Below are positions 40,572-55,296 of a stretch of 64,000 nucleotides of DNA, one piece after another. The stretch's first letter is position 1; every line of letters begins with the position of its first letter. The notes under the pieces were generated by a model, which worked only from the letters and a program-made list of their open reading frames with translations, was not told the origin of the DNA and did not search any database. A program made the position numbers and the translations under genes. Location: the NCBI GenBank assembly GCA_027339965.1, contig DAHWNL010000078.1:136789-200788 (forward strand). The letters are read 5' to 3'. Source of the stretch: Granulicella sp. Lineage in GTDB: Bacteria; Acidobacteriota; Terriglobia; Terriglobales; Acidobacteriaceae.

Positions 40572-41246
40572 ATGTCCCGAGGAAGACGAAACCCGGAGCA
40601 AGGGATCCCATTGGCGGAGGAGGAGGAACAGCCCGGGCTTCGGCAGATGCTGAAGTCGGAGAAGACCCGAGCAGGCTTATTGCGCGCGGCGGAGAAGATC
40701 TTTGCCCGGGACGGCTTTGAGGCTTCGCGCATTGAGGACATTGCCGCCGAAGCCGGCCGTAGCCGCGGAGCCTTTTACGCGAATTTTAAGGGCAAGACCG
40801 AAGTGTTTCTTACGCTGCGCACGCTGGCGGCACAGCGGCATGCGCGTATGGTGCGGGAGCGCGTACTGGGCCTGCAGGATCAGGAGGCGCGCTATCAGGC
40901 CCTGATCGGCTACATCGTCGAGCAAATCTACGACACTCAGGCACAGTTATTGCAGATTGAGTTCAAACTCTTCGCTTTGCGCCATCCGAAGATGCAGGCT
41001 AGGCTGGCGGAGATGCATCTGGAGGCGAGCACCAGGGTGAATGAACAGGAGCTATCTGGCCTGTTTCCCGAAAAGACCGGGCGAGCGGCGGAGATGCGCT
41101 GCAGCACGTTGGAGGTGGAAGCGCTACTGGAGGGATTTGCGCTGAATACCCGCTTCAGTCCCGACGTTCTGGATGAAGCGAGCATTCAGGCGATTGTTCC
41201 GCGGTTGATGGCGCAGATCCTCTCCCGTTCCGAAGCAGAGTCATAG
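40572..41246 (+). CDS. TetR/AcrR family regulator
   Basis: [51 protein letters not shown]. Confidence 0.92.
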   Translation: MSRGRRNPEQGIPLAEEEEQPGLRQMLKSEKTRAGLLRAAEKIFARDGFEASRIEDIAAEAGRSRGAFYANFKGKTEVFLTLRTLAAQRHARMVRERVLGLQDQEARYQALIGYIVEQIYDTQAQLLQIEFKLFALRHPKMQARLAEMHLEASTRVNEQELSGLFPEKTGRAAEMRCSTLEVEALLEGFALNTRFSPDVLDEASIQAIVPRLMAQILSRSEAES

Positions 41247-43091
41247 ACGGCAAATGAGCAACTCGCGCTCATAAATCATCTCGGCGGGCAGATGGTCATG
41301 CAGAGCGAGGAAGAGTTCTTCATGGTCCATGACCTCGCGCAACCAGGCTTTGCGGTCTACCGCTTCCAGTTGGGCAAAGACTGCGGGAGAGATGTTGAGT
41401 CCCTCCCAGTGGATGTCCTGATAGCGCGGAACCCAGCCGATGGGAGTCTCTCTGCCCTGGGCGCGTCCACGAGCGCGATCGACGATCCACTTCAACACCC
41501 GCATATTCTCACTGTACCCAGGCCATAGAAACTTGCCATCCTCGTCTTTGAGAAACCAGTTGACCTGGAAGACGCGGGGCGTAATGTTGAGTTGCCGCTG
41601 CATGGTGAGCCAGTGGCGTAAGTAGTCGCCCATGTGATATCCGCAGAAGGGCAGCATGGCCATGGGATCGCGACGGACTTTGCCGACCGCGCCTTCGGCG
41701 GCGGCGGTGGTCTCCGAGCCCATGGTGGCTCCGAGATAGACGCCGGAGGACCAGTTGAACGCTTGCACCACCAAGGGAATGGCAGCAGCGCGTCTTCCTC
41801 CAAAGACGAAGGCGGCGATGGGCACTCCGTCGGGCGACTCCGACGCGGCTAAATCGAACGATGGGCACTGCGAGGCGGGAGCGGTGAAACGGCCGTTGGG
41901 GTGCGCGGCGGTGCGGCCGGTCTGGCGTCCGATCTCCGGAGTCCAGGGCTCGCCCTTCCAGTCGATGCACTCTGCGGGCGGATCATCCGTCATGCCCTCC
42001 CACCAGACGCCGCCCTCCGGGGTAAGGGCCACATTGGTGAAGATGGTATTGCGGCTCAACGTGGCCATTGCGTTGGGATTGGTCTTGACGCTGGTGCCCG
42101 GAGCAACGCCAAAAAAGCCGGTCTCCGGATTGATGCCGCGGATGCGGCCGGTCGCGTCAGGACGAAGCCATGCGATGTCATCGCCCACCGTCCAGGTCTT
42201 CCAGCCTTCAAATCCTTTGGGCGGAATCAGCATGGCCAGGTTGGTCTTGCCGCAGGCAGAGGGAAATGCCGCTGCCAGATAGGTCTTTTCGCCCACAGGA
42301 GACTCCAGCCCGAGGATAAGCATGTGCTCGGCCATCCAACCTTCATCGCGGGCGATGTTGGTGGCGATGCGCAGGGCAAAGCACTTTTTACCCAACAGCG
42401 CGTTGCCGCCATAGCCGGAGCCGTAGCTCCAGATCTCTCTGGTCTCCGGGAAGTGAACGATGTACTTGGTGTCGTTTTGCGGCCAGGGAACATCCCGCTG
42501 ACCAGGCTCCAAAGGAGCTCCGACGGAGTGCATGCACGGCACCACGCGATGGATGTCCTTATCGATCTCGGCGAACACCGGCAGCCCGATGCGGGTCATG
42601 ATGCGCATGTTCACCACTACATAAGCAGAATCGGTAAGCTGCACGCCGATGCGCGACATGGGTGATCCAATCGGGCCCATGGAGAAAGGCAGAACATACA
42701 TCGTCCTGCCACGCATGCATCCCCGGAAGAGATCCTTGAGTCTCTTGCGCATGGCATAAGGGGCCTCCCAGTGATTGGTAGGTCCTGCGTCGTCTTTGGA
42801 GTAAGAGCAGATGAAAGTGCGATCTTCCACCCGCGCCACGTCCTTGGGGGACGAGCGAGCCAGATAGCAGCCTGGCCAAAGCTTCTGGTTCAGGCGGATG
42901 AACGTACCGGAGTCAACCAGTTGCTCGCAGAGGCCCTGGTTTTCACCCTCGGACCCGTCTACCCAGTGAATCGCTGCCGGCTGGGTGAGATCAGCCATCT
43001 TATCCACCCAGCGAATCAGGTGAATATTGGTCGATAAGACACGTGTTGCTGTGCGGCGCTGTCGGATAACCGCGTCAGAGATTGTTGCCAT
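41241..43091 (-). CDS. pckG: Phosphoenolpyruvate carboxykinase (GTP)
   Basis: [61 protein letters not shown]. Confidence 0.96.
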   Translation of the reverse strand: MATISDAVIRQRRTATRVLSTNIHLIRWVDKMADLTQPAAIHWVDGSEGENQGLCEQLVDSGTFIRLNQKLWPGCYLARSSPKDVARVEDRTFICSYSKDDAGPTNHWEAPYAMRKRLKDLFRGCMRGRTMYVLPFSMGPIGSPMSRIGVQLTDSAYVVVNMRIMTRIGLPVFAEIDKDIHRVVPCMHSVGAPLEPGQRDVPWPQNDTKYIVHFPETREIWSYGSGYGGNALLGKKCFALRIATNIARDEGWMAEHMLILGLESPVGEKTYLAAAFPSACGKTNLAMLIPPKGFEGWKTWTVGDDIAWLRPDATGRIRGINPETGFFGVAPGTSVKTNPNAMATLSRNTIFTNVALTPEGGVWWEGMTDDPPAECIDWKGEPWTPEIGRQTGRTAAHPNGRFTAPASQCPSFDLAASESPDGVPIAAFVFGGRRAAAIPLVVQAFNWSSGVYLGATMGSETTAAAEGAVGKVRRDPMAMLPFCGYHMGDYLRHWLTMQRQLNITPRVFQVNWFLKDEDGKFLWPGYSENMRVLKWIVDRARGRAQGRETPIGWVPRYQDIHWEGLNISPAVFAQLEAVDRKAWLREVMDHEELFLALHDHLPAEMIYERELLICRL

Positions 43092-43600
43092 CCTCTTCCT
43101 CCGGTGCCCAACGAATCCTCAGAGAGGGTTGAATTCGGTGCGCGAATGAACTCCATTGAGATTTATAGTCCTTATGATAGGAGTTACGCCTGTGAGCGTA
43201 AGGGAATGGGGGGATGCCATGGCGATAACCGGCTACCAGCAGAGATGTCCCACGACCCAAGGGGCATCAGCGGAACGATCTTGAGGGTCAGGGGTTGAAT
43301 CGAATCAACCGGAAGGGATACCAAGCCGGCGAACGTCTCGAACTCTCGATTGCATGCAGATCGCTTTTGCCGGTACACTTGCGAGAGAGCGAGCAGAGAC
43401 CTCACCGTCAGGGAAGGTCTACTCTATCCTCGGCGAACCTCGGGTTCCGGGGGTCCGGGAGGGTTCCGGGAGGGTTCCATCTTCGACTCCAGGAAGCCTT
43501 GAAAGAACCAACGATGCTCCTACCCGGGTGGTGCTTGACGAAAAGTCCGGCACAATCCGTCGGATCTGGGAGGATCATAGGAGCGTTTGTGGGTTACGTT

Positions 43601-43692
43601 GGAGAGTTGGCAGAGCCCGGTTGAATGCACCTGACTCGAAATCAGACATAGTCGCAAGGCTATCGGGGGTTCGAATCCCTCACTCTCCGCCA
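43601..43692 (+). tRNA. tRNA-Ser (anticodon CGA)
   Basis: GGAGAGT acceptor pairing with ACTCTCC-G-CCA; anticodon arm CTGA-CT-CGA-AA-TCAG; long variable arm (ATAGTCGCAAGGCTAT); GGTTCGAATCC T-loop. Confidence 0.95.
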
Positions 43693-44073
43693 TCATTTCT
43701 TTTCATAAAGTGCAGGCGGGCTGGCGATCCGGTGGGGTGATCGGTCGGTTCGGCAGGTCAGATCCCGGCTTCTTGCATGCAATTGAGCAGCTTACCCAAA
43801 ACGCAAGGCAAGCACCTGCGGATGCAGGCCCGGGAAGGGCCGACGAGACCGTCGCTCTCTGGCTCTGCGTCACGGCGCCTTTGAGCATCAAGCTTGGATG
43901 GGGCGTTGCGGCCCTGATAGGTGCGGAGAAGTTGCTGCCGCGGCCTTCAACAGATCGCCCTTCCATGAAGAGCGAGATAGAGGGAGGAATCTACTGCAAG
44001 GCGAGGAATTCGCCGGCGCACAAGGGACACGCCAAGATGGCGGCTAGGCGCCACCTAAGAAGTTAAAACTGGA

Positions 44074-44523
44074 TCAACCCTTCCCTGCTAAAGCGTTCCT
44101 ATGAGCCACACTGGCCAGCTTTGCCTCCGCCACGCGGATGACGGCGTTGGCTTTGTCGTACTTCTCCGGGTCATCCCCAGCCTGCTCCCACAGTTCGGCT
44201 CCGTGGCGCAACTCCGCCTGGGCCTGTTCGGGATCGATCTCGTTCAACGGCACGGCGACTTCCGCCAGGATCGTGACCCGCTCGGGCAGAACTTCCGCAC
44301 ACCCCCAGGCCACGAAGAAGATCTGCTCACCCGCTGATCCGCCATGCAGACGGACCTCGCCAGAACCCAGCTCGGCCAACAGCGGAGCGGCGCCGTAAAG
44401 CGTCTCCAAGTAGCCGGACATCGAGGGTAGCTCAACCGCCTCCGCGGACGCATCCAGCAGCACGCGATCCGGCGTCACCAGACGGACGGCAAGCAGCCCC
44501 GCATTTGTTCCAACCTCAGCCAT
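44074..44523 (-). CDS. atpC: ATP synthase F1 epsilon subunit
   Basis: LAVRLVTPDRVL...VELPSMSG...FFVAWGCAEVLPERVTILAE; last gene of the atp operon. Confidence 0.9.
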   Translation of the reverse strand: MAEVGTNAGLLAVRLVTPDRVLLDASAEAVELPSMSGYLETLYGAAPLLAELGSGEVRLHGGSAGEQIFFVAWGCAEVLPERVTILAEVAVPLNEIDPEQAQAELRHGAELWEQAGDDPEKYDKANAVIRVAEAKLASVAHRNALAGKG

Positions 44524-44680
44524 GTTTTGTCTGCCCTCTACGATCTGCCATCCAACGCCCGGAGTTTGCTGAAAACACGGCATCGGACGGGAAGCTCTTC
44601 GATTCCATCGCGTTTCTCGGGTTACCGTTGCATGATGTGCTGCGCCTCGCCCCTGCTGTGAACGCACCCTCAGGTCAAGG

Positions 44681-46177
<1,497 letters not shown>

Positions 46178-47269
46178 TCAAAGCGCTGCCGCGCCGCTGA
46201 CAATCTCAATAATCTCTTTGGTAATGGCCGCCTGCCGCGCGCGGTTCATGGTGAGCGAGAGCTGATCGATCAACTCTTCCGCATTCTTGGTGGCGGCATC
46301 GGTGGCCGTCATGCGCGCCGCGTGTTCCGCTGCAATGGACTCCAGCACAGCGTGGAAGATCTGGGTGGTAACGTAGCGCGGCATCAAAAAGCGGAAGATG
46401 CGGTCCGGCGCTTGATCGAAGATGTAGTCAACGTTTGCTGTGCCGAACAGCTTGGCCTCCCGCTCATAGACCGACTCCTCAGGGAGCGTGATGGACACAC
46501 CTGACTTCCTGGCTGCCCTACCGGCAGCCTCCTTCTGCTCCTCGGTCATCTCCTCCATCACCGTCATCTCGTGAGAGCCGAGCTTGCGGATGGGGAGAAG
46601 TTTTTCCACCACAACCCGCTGTGAGATGACCGACTTGAACTCGTTGTAGACGATGTAGACGGAGTCAATCTCTGCGCTACCGTAACGCGCAATGATGGAG
46701 TCCGTCATGGCCGCAATCTCGGAGATATTGGCCTTCACCAGCAGCGTTGGGTGCTCGGCGGCTATTTCAACGGGCGCAGCGCGGTGCCGGATCTCTTCAA
46801 TATGCCGCGCCAGATCGTTGTCATAGCGATCCTCCTTGTGCTCGTAGACCGCCATCGGCACGCTCTTCTTGTACAACGTGATAGCCTTTTTCCCAATCGG
46901 CTCCAGATCGACGTTCTGGCCCATCGCGAGCCTCTCCTGGATGAACCGCTGCGCCGCCTTGCCGATGTTCGCGTTGAAGCCGCCGGCGAAGCCTTTGTCA
47001 CCCGCGATAACCAGCACAAGCACGTTCTTCTCCGCGCGCTCCATGAGCAGCGGGTGCACGATCTCGCCGGTCTCTTCGTTATACAGGTTGCTGCGCCGCA
47101 CCACCGAATCCAGAACACTGGCCAGCATCTGCGCATAGGGACGCGCCTGCAATGCGTGCTCTTGAGCGCGGCGCAGTTTGGCCGCCGAAACCATCTTCAT
47201 GGCCTTGGTGATCTGCCGCGTATTCTTCACGCTGCGGATTCGCCGCCGTAGATCCAGTACGTTTGCCAT
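46178..47269 (-). CDS. atpG: ATP synthase F1 gamma subunit (with insertions)
   Basis: QITKAMKMVSAAKL, AEHAARM, RARQAAITKEIIEIVSGA. Confidence 0.96.
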   Translation of the reverse strand: MANVLDLRRRIRSVKNTRQITKAMKMVSAAKLRRAQEHALQARPYAQMLASVLDSVVRRSNLYNEETGEIVHPLLMERAEKNVLVLVIAGDKGFAGGFNANIGKAAQRFIQERLAMGQNVDLEPIGKKAITLYKKSVPMAVYEHKEDRYDNDLARHIEEIRHRAAPVEIAAEHPTLLVKANISEIAAMTDSIIARYGSAEIDSVYIVYNEFKSVISQRVVVEKLLPIRKLGSHEMTVMEEMTEEQKEAAGRAARKSGVSITLPEESVYEREAKLFGTANVDYIFDQAPDRIFRFLMPRYVTTQIFHAVLESIAAEHAARMTATDAATKNAEELIDQLSLTMNRARQAAITKEIIEIVSGAAAL

Positions 47270-47301
47270 TCGCCCCTATGCTCGCTGTTGCGCGTCTGCT
47301 G

Positions 47302-48951
<1,650 letters not shown>

Positions 48952-49500
48952 CTATGCTCCCGCCTCAATAAGGCGACTCTTTAGCTGGAGCAGTTGTCCG
49001 CGAATCGATCCGTCGTAGACCTTGGAGCCTATCGTAATGACGGCTCCGCCAAGCAACGCCCGATCTTCCCGGTAAGTTGCGCGCACCCGCCGCTGACCGG
49101 TCAGATTTGCAATCTTCTCCTCCAGCAGCTTGCGGTTGTCATGGTCCAGCGGCAGAGCGCTGACGACATCGGCCTCCGCAATCCCAGCTTCCTGCTCCGC
49201 CAGGGCGGCATAAGCGAGCAGCATGCCACGCAGATCCTCCAGGCGATGGTGATGGATCACCACGGCCAGAAAGTTGCGCGAGGCAGTCTCCAGGCCCAGC
49301 TTGACGGCCAATCCGTCCAACACTTTGAGTTTCTGTCCCTCCGGAATGGAAGGATCCTCCAGCGCTTGACGAAGCTCCGAACTCCGCTCAAGCGTGTCGG
49401 CGAAGTCATTCAACTGGCCCTGCACCGCCGCCCAGTTCAGCTTCCGTTCCGCGACAACGGCAGCCAGAGCGCGCGCGTAGCGAAGATCGATTGCCGCCAT
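48952..49500 (-). CDS. atpH: ATP synthase delta subunit
   Basis: RYARALA...LLGGAVITIGSKVYDGSIRGQL. Confidence 0.93.
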   Translation of the reverse strand: MAAIDLRYARALAAVVAERKLNWAAVQGQLNDFADTLERSSELRQALEDPSIPEGQKLKVLDGLAVKLGLETASRNFLAVVIHHHRLEDLRGMLLAYAALAEQEAGIAEADVVSALPLDHDNRKLLEEKIANLTGQRRVRATYREDRALLGGAVITIGSKVYDGSIRGQLLQLKSRLIEAGA

Positions 49501-50276
49501 CAGCGGTTGCTCCCTTCACCCAGCTTGAGAGCAAAACTCTCCACCAGCCGACGGTCGACCTCGGCAGACACAACCAGTTTGCGCTCAGCCTGCGCGATGG
49601 CCAACTCGGCGCCGTAGCGTTGCAGCTCGCGGCGTGCGGAGTTGGTTGCGCTTTGAATCTCGGCTTCAGCTGCGGCCAGGATCTTCTCCTTCTCCTCTTC
49701 CACTCCGGCCTTGATCGACTGCTCATCCTGGCGACTGTCAGCCTCCACCCGCAGGCGAATCGCCTCAATCTCGGCATCCAATCTCGACAGCCTGTCTTCC
49801 ACCGACCGGAGCCGAGCCGCGGCCTCCTCAGTGACGGTTCGCGCCTCCGTCAATCGCGCCTGAATGGCCGCGTTGCGGCGGCGGAAGGCCGCCGGCAGCA
49901 GCTTGAGAAGACCGTACCCAATCCCGGATCCGAGCAACAGAAGATTGATGATCTCAAAGAGGTGGGAAGCGGCCTCTGGCTTCATACCGAGCATCGCGCC
50001 GAGCTTCACCACGGGCGGTGAAAGCCAATATTGATCGATATCGCCGGAGGAAGAAGAAGGATTGCTCGAAGAGGCTGATCCGGAGTTGGCAGCTGCGGAG
50101 CGATCCTGCCCGATTGTGACGACCTGGGTCGCAGCCGGGGCAGCCCGCCCCGTCGAGGTCTGGGCGCTCAGCGAGCCGGCCACTGACACCAGCAGCATGA
50201 GACCAAGGGCAGCCTTCTGCGAGCAGCGTCTGGCTACTGGAAGAGCGGATAATTCAAGACCAGAATGACGTTTCAC
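49500..50276 (-). CDS. atpF: ATP synthase Fo subunit b (with an N-terminal signal-like extension)
   Basis: FEIINLLLL TM followed by a long coiled coil; lies immediately before atpH. Confidence 0.85.
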   Translation of the reverse strand: MKRHSGLELSALPVARRCSQKAALGLMLLVSVAGSLSAQTSTGRAAPAATQVVTIGQDRSAAANSGSASSSNPSSSSGDIDQYWLSPPVVKLGAMLGMKPEAASHLFEIINLLLLGSGIGYGLLKLLPAAFRRRNAAIQARLTEARTVTEEAAARLRSVEDRLSRLDAEIEAIRLRVEADSRQDEQSIKAGVEEEKEKILAAAEAEIQSATNSARRELQRYGAELAIAQAERKLVVSAEVDRRLVESFALKLGEGSNR

Positions 50277-50737
50277 TGACGAGCCTCCGTGAAGCCGGGG
50301 CCGGACGGAAGCACCCTACGCAAAATCTGGTCGCTCAGCAACGCAGCCGACTCCTCCATCTGCCGGCGCACACCCTCGGTCATGCCTTCGATCTCCTGCC
50401 GGGCGAGAAGGATCCGCTCCTGCGCTGCGGCACGGGCAGCCTCCATCGCCTGATCGCGCTCTGTCTGCCAATGCTGGCGTCTTCTTTCCCGCTCGGCCAT
50501 CAACTCATTACGGGCAAGGCGCAGCTTTGCTTCGTATTCGGCGACCTTGGCCTCGGCTGCCTCCATCGCCTCACCTGCTTTTTCCACCGCCCCTGCGGTT
50601 CGGGCATGGCGTTCCGCCAGAGTCTTCTCCAGGGGCTTTCTCACCAGCGGCCCATAGGCTGCTACCAGCAAAAGGAAGAAGATCATGGTCGGCACGGAGC
50701 CAAGCACAAGACCGCCAAGTTGATGCAATATGTCCAT
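50273..50737 (-). CDS. ATP synthase Fo subunit b'
   Basis: TM helix, KPLEKTLAERHART, coiled coil; overlaps the atpF start. Confidence 0.8.
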   Translation of the reverse strand: MDILHQLGGLVLGSVPTMIFFLLLVAAYGPLVRKPLEKTLAERHARTAGAVEKAGEAMEAAEAKVAEYEAKLRLARNELMAERERRRQHWQTERDQAMEAARAAAQERILLARQEIEGMTEGVRRQMEESAALLSDQILRRVLPSGPGFTEARQ

Positions 50738-51149
50738 GAGATTCCGAATTCTTCCATAGGCGCAGGCCCCCACCGCTTCCTGCAAGCGAATCAGGCCGAC
50801 ATCCCCGCAGCCGAGGAGCTCGAGCAAACTCTCTCAATTGTTCAAATTTCTTTCCCTTCCTTTGTAGCAAATCTGGCCTTTGAAAGTCTAGGATCGGCGA
50901 AAAGGAAATCCTGGCAGGTGAGCGCGTGGCCGCGCGCTCCACTTGATGAGGGTTGGCGCAAGAACAAGGTCGGAGAGCGGCAGCGCGCGAACCTCTGCTT
51001 GCCTTTGTTGTTCTCTTTCCACATTGTCAGCTGCGTCGCATGGCGGCTGGCTTCCGTTGGCTGGCAGCCACGCCCGGCTGGGGCTGCGCCTGCCGTGCAA
51101 CCGTAGCCCGTCTTTTGAATCAGCCTATAATCGCCAGATTTTCTTTTCG

Positions 51150-51300
51150 CCAGACCGGCTGCGGGAGTACACTAGATACACCATCCTGAGACCCACTCCG
51201 GGTCGTGCAGGCCGCGTGATCTGGGGACATTACCTCCGCTCCCCAGTCAGGCGGCCTTGCAGCATTGAAGCTCAAGAATCGGGAACGTCCGCCTACCTGG
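51150..51300 (-). ncRNA. Structured RNA candidate, 6S (SsrS)-like rod with a central bubble; strand and ends uncertain
   Basis: Long apical hairpin 51207-51260; closing helix UCUUGAG/CUCAGGA (G-U pair on the minus strand); GACCC-GGAGU-GGGUC mini-hairpin on the 3' side of the bubble. Confidence 0.4.
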
Positions 51301-52822
51301 AATCGCTCCGATACACGCGATAGCGCTCCAGCAGAGAGCTTGGTCCGACGACCTGTACATAAGCCAGGTTCTCCTCAAACCGCTGACCGGTGATCGTGGC
51401 TCCCCTCTCTAACGCAGCGATCACCCGTCCCTCCGATTGCGGGATGCAAAACTCGGCAGTTTGCAGAGGATCGGCGATCAGGATCTCATCGATGGCATCG
51501 AGCAGCCCCTCCAGACCCGCGCCCGTGAGCGCAGAGACGGCGATCACCGCAGAGCGCTGTTTATCCCAGCTCGGCACAGAGCCTGGCGGAAGCAAGTCGA
51601 TCTTGTTGAAAACATACAGGCTCGGCTTGTCCCTAACCCCCAGTTCGCAGAGCACCGCCTCCACCTGCGAGCGCTGCTCCTCCAGGTTTGGACTGGCTGC
51701 ATCCTGAACATGCAGCAGGAGTTCCGCACGCTCAACCTCCTCCAGGGTAGCCCGGAAGCTGGTCACCAACCCATGAGGAAGATTGCGGATGAATCCCACG
51801 GTATCGGAGAGCAGCACCTTACGCCGAGAAGGCAAGTTGAGTTGCCGCAGCTTGGGATCCAGCGTGGCGAACATGCGTTCGGAGGCGATCACTTCTCCTC
51901 CTGTCAAAGTATTGAAAAGAGTAGATTTACCGGCGTTAGTATAGCCCACCAAAGCCACCGTGGGGATGGGTGCCGCCGCGCGCCGGCCGCGTTGCTGGCG
52001 GCGGATTCGGCGCACCGCCTCCAGTTGCTGCCGGATGCAGTCCAGGCGCAGATGAATCTTTCGCCGATCCGTCTCAAGCTGGGTCTCGCCTGGACCTCGT
52101 GTCCCGATGCCTCCTCCAGTCCGGGACATGGTCTTTCCCCGGCCGGCAAGCCTGGGCAACTGATATTCGAGCTGGGCCAACTCGACCTGCAACTGCCCTT
52201 CGCGTGTCCGGGCATGGCGCGCAAAGATATCCAGGATCAACTGAGTCCGGTCAATCGCCGTACAAGGCAGGCGGGATTCGATATTGCGCGCCTGAGTAGG
52301 CGTCAGATCGTGATCAAAGAGCACGAGGCTGGCGCCAGTGGAGGCTACCGTAGCGACAATCTCGTGCAGCTTTCCGCTGCCCACCAAAGTGGCGGGATCA
52401 GGCCGGGAGCGGCGCTGGATGAGCACGGAGGCAATGGTGGCGCCGGCCGAGCGGGCCAGCTCCTGGAACTCGGCTAGGGATGCATCAAAGTCACGATCCG
52501 ATGCGCTCAGGGAAGCCGGCCTGGGGCTGCTGGACGGCTGGGCGGATTCTGACGGAAGATTCAGAGAGTCTTGGCAGGCATCCGGGTTTTCTTCTTCCGC
52601 AACCCAACTACCCCGCTCCGAGATCGCTGCCGCTTGGCGAGCCTGCTTAGCAGCAGTCGAGGGGCGAAAACGATCGGAGGTGAACTCCACGGCGACCAGA
52701 ACGGCCCTCTCGCGCGAGGCCTTTTGGCGGGAGCGCAGAAGACTGCGCTCCAAGGCTTCTCGGGCTTCTCGGCTGGCTTGAAGCTTGAACCCCGGACTCT
52801 TGAACCCCACTGTCATGGCCAC
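51293..52822 (-). CDS. hflX: GTPase HflX
   Basis: [61 protein letters not shown]. Confidence 0.96.
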   Translation of the reverse strand: MAMTVGFKSPGFKLQASREAREALERSLLRSRQKASRERAVLVAVEFTSDRFRPSTAAKQARQAAAISERGSWVAEEENPDACQDSLNLPSESAQPSSSPRPASLSASDRDFDASLAEFQELARSAGATIASVLIQRRSRPDPATLVGSGKLHEIVATVASTGASLVLFDHDLTPTQARNIESRLPCTAIDRTQLILDIFARHARTREGQLQVELAQLEYQLPRLAGRGKTMSRTGGGIGTRGPGETQLETDRRKIHLRLDCIRQQLEAVRRIRRQQRGRRAAAPIPTVALVGYTNAGKSTLFNTLTGGEVIASERMFATLDPKLRQLNLPSRRKVLLSDTVGFIRNLPHGLVTSFRATLEEVERAELLLHVQDAASPNLEEQRSQVEAVLCELGVRDKPSLYVFNKIDLLPPGSVPSWDKQRSAVIAVSALTGAGLEGLLDAIDEILIADPLQTAEFCIPQSEGRVIAALERGATITGQRFEENLAYVQVVGPSSLLERYRVYRSDSR

Positions 52823-53203
52823 CTGATCGCATCTTCAACCCTGCCGAGCAGCTCGAAACGGGCGGGCGGGAGCGGATCTTCCCCGGCCTCATCTGCCGGA
52901 GCTCGGCTGCGTCGCCCGGTAAAGGTATGGAAGACGCCGCCCCTGGAACGTACGGCTTGGGACGATCCCGGCAGGGGCGATACCCACGCGGAAGACACTC
53001 TCGACTTCTCCCGCTCTCCGCTTACTCTGCGCTCTCCAGCGCCTGCCGCACAATCGCCGGCCGTCAGCGCCGAGTTCGCTCCCGACGGCAGACTGCGCAA
53101 CCATCCCCGCCCCACGGACCGGCGGATATCCTTGGGTGAGATTTCGCGCTTTCGCTTGAGCGGCGATGGTCCAGAACCAACTGCGGATGACAGGGGCGCG
53201 GAT

Positions 53204-53506
53204 CTAACTGTTCGCAGTTCCTGTTGTGGGCTGCGGATTCTCCGGATGGTGGGGTGCAATGGAGCGGCTCTCGCCGCGCATCTCTGCACTTACCCCTGGC
53301 CGGCCGCTCACCACCGTCGAGATAGCATGTTTGAAGATCAACTGCTCCTGAAAGTTGTTCTCCAGCAGAACCGAGTATTTATCAAAGGAACGGATCTTGC
53401 CGGTCAGCTTCACGCCGCTGACCAGATAGATCGTAATGGGGCTTTTGTCCTTGCGGACCGTATTCAGGAATGTGTCCTGAATATTCTGTGCCGGCTTGGA
53501 ATCCAT
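53204..53506 (-). CDS. hfq: RNA chaperone Hfq
   Basis: NIQDTFLN...[23 protein letters not shown]...[20 protein letters not shown]; upstream of hflX. Confidence 0.96.
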   Translation of the reverse strand: MDSKPAQNIQDTFLNTVRKDKSPITIYLVSGVKLTGKIRSFDKYSVLLENNFQEQLIFKHAISTVVSGRPGVSAEMRGESRSIAPHHPENPQPTTGTANS

Positions 53507-53679
53507 GGGCCGATCTCCTCGTATCATCGCACTCAACCATTCTCTTAAACATTCCGCGCCAAAAGCTCGCGGTCGAACCCTGCAGTCAAACAGACTTGCA
53601 TCCTTCACGTTAAACGGCTTGTACCCTTTCTTACAAGGGCATCGAAGATCGAACCGTTCCGCCCGGGCGGAGATTTACG

Positions 53680-54855
53680 ATGGATGAGATGAGCCAGACC
53701 GATTCCCAGCCAAACCTGATTGCGGTTCCGATGCTTGACTTCCGGCGAGAGTTCGAGGAGATCCGTGAGGAGGTTCTGGCGGCGATTACGAGTGTATGTG
53801 AGTCCCAGCGCTTTATTCTGGGGCCGGAGGTGGCTCGGTTTGAAGAAGAGGCGGCCCTGGCCTGCCAGGTTCCGTTTGCGGTGGGTTGCGGCAGCGGCAC
53901 CGATGCGCTGTGGCTGGCGCTGGCGGCCCTGGGGATTGGGCCCGGAGATGCGGTGATCACGACGCCGTTCAGCTTCTTTGCGACAGTGAGCGCCATTCTG
54001 CGGGCTGGGGCCAGGCCGATTCTGGCGGATATCGATGAGAGGACGTTGAATCTATCTGCCGACAGCGTGGAGGAGACGCTAGCCCGGACGCGGGAGCGGG
54101 CAGCCTGCGTGATGCCGGTGCATCTCTATGGGCAGTGCGCGGATATGACGGCGCTGGGAGCGCTACGGGAACGGAGGGGGCTGAAGCTGGTGGAGGATGC
54201 GGCGCAGGCCTTTGGAGCCACCTGGGAGGGGGTTCGAGCCGGTGGATTGGGCGATGCGGCGGCCTTCAGCTTTTATCCCACCAAGAATCTGAGCGCGTTT
54301 GGAGACGCCGGCATGGTGACGACGCGCGACGCCAATACCGCGGAGAGGGCTGCTGTGTTGCGGGTCCATGGAATGCGCAGACGGTACTATCACGACGAGG
54401 TGGGCTGGAACTCTCGGCTGGACGCCCTGCAGGCCGCGGTTCTACGGGTGAAGCTGCGGCGAGTGGAGGCGGGAAACCAGCGGCGGCGAGCGCTGGCCGC
54501 TCTCTATCAGGAGCGATTCATGAAAGCCGGGCTGGTGGGCGCGACGACGAAGGATGGAGTCGTACTTCCCTTCACCGATCCGCGCGGGGTTCCTGTGTTC
54601 CATCAGTATGTGATTCGCGCTCCAAGGCGGGACGAGCTGCGCGAGCGCCTGAGCGCGCAGTCGATCGGCTCAGAGGTGTATTACCCGCTGCCCTTGCACC
54701 TGCAGAAGAGTTTGGAGGGGCTGGGCTATCGGTTGGGAGACCTGCCGCGGAGCGAGCAGGCGGCAACGGAGGTTTTGGCGCTGCCCATCTATCCCGAACT
54801 GCGGATGGAGGAGTTGGAGAGCGTGGTGGAGGCTGTGCGCCGGTTCTACGCCTGA
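53680..54855 (+). CDS. DegT/DnrJ/EryC1/StrS PLP-dependent sugar aminotransferase
   Basis: SGTDAL, PVHLYGQ, VEDAAQA, SFYPTKNL.A.GDAG, NSRLDALQAAVL. Confidence 0.93.
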   Translation: MDEMSQTDSQPNLIAVPMLDFRREFEEIREEVLAAITSVCESQRFILGPEVARFEEEAALACQVPFAVGCGSGTDALWLALAALGIGPGDAVITTPFSFFATVSAILRAGARPILADIDERTLNLSADSVEETLARTRERAACVMPVHLYGQCADMTALGALRERRGLKLVEDAAQAFGATWEGVRAGGLGDAAAFSFYPTKNLSAFGDAGMVTTRDANTAERAAVLRVHGMRRRYYHDEVGWNSRLDALQAAVLRVKLRRVEAGNQRRRALAALYQERFMKAGLVGATTKDGVVLPFTDPRGVPVFHQYVIRAPRRDELRERLSAQSIGSEVYYPLPLHLQKSLEGLGYRLGDLPRSEQAATEVLALPIYPELRMEELESVVEAVRRFYA

Positions 54856-55296
54856 GAGGGGCAGCGGGCGAATGGAGATATTGCCGCAAAGGGCGCGGCA
54901 TCCGCCGCTGGAGTTCGAGGCCGAGGCGCAACTCTCGCAGTGGACAGCTTCGGCTGCCAGAGTGCTGACGAGGCTGCGCCGCGGAAAAGAAGGCAAATAT
55001 TCCGCTTGATCCGGTCCTTGTAGATTGATCCGCGTACGACGCTGATTGCGAAAGTTGGGCCTGCAGGCGGTTGCGTTGCGAAGCCGCCAGCTATCACAGG
55101 GGCTTGGCGGGCGTTGGCTCTCGGGGAACGCGATCTCTATTGATGGACACAAGGGGCCATAGACGTCCACATCCTCTCCGAAGCGTCGCTGGCGAGCAGC
55201 AACGCTCCAGGAGAGGCAGGAGAATCTCAGCACCTTCCCTGTAAATTGCGAGCCCGGCTACCGGCCCGGCTACGAGCTCAGCTTAGACGAGCTCAG

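Noticed and set aside
43601..43692. tRNA-Ser as an integration site for a genomic island
   Set aside because: No integrase nearby, and I saw no duplicated tRNA 3' end in the window.
43700..43960. Cobalamin-riboswitch-like words (AAGCCGGGA..GACCTGCC; CCGGGAAGG)
   Set aside because: The words are on opposite strands, the B12-box order is not met, and no B12-related gene follows.
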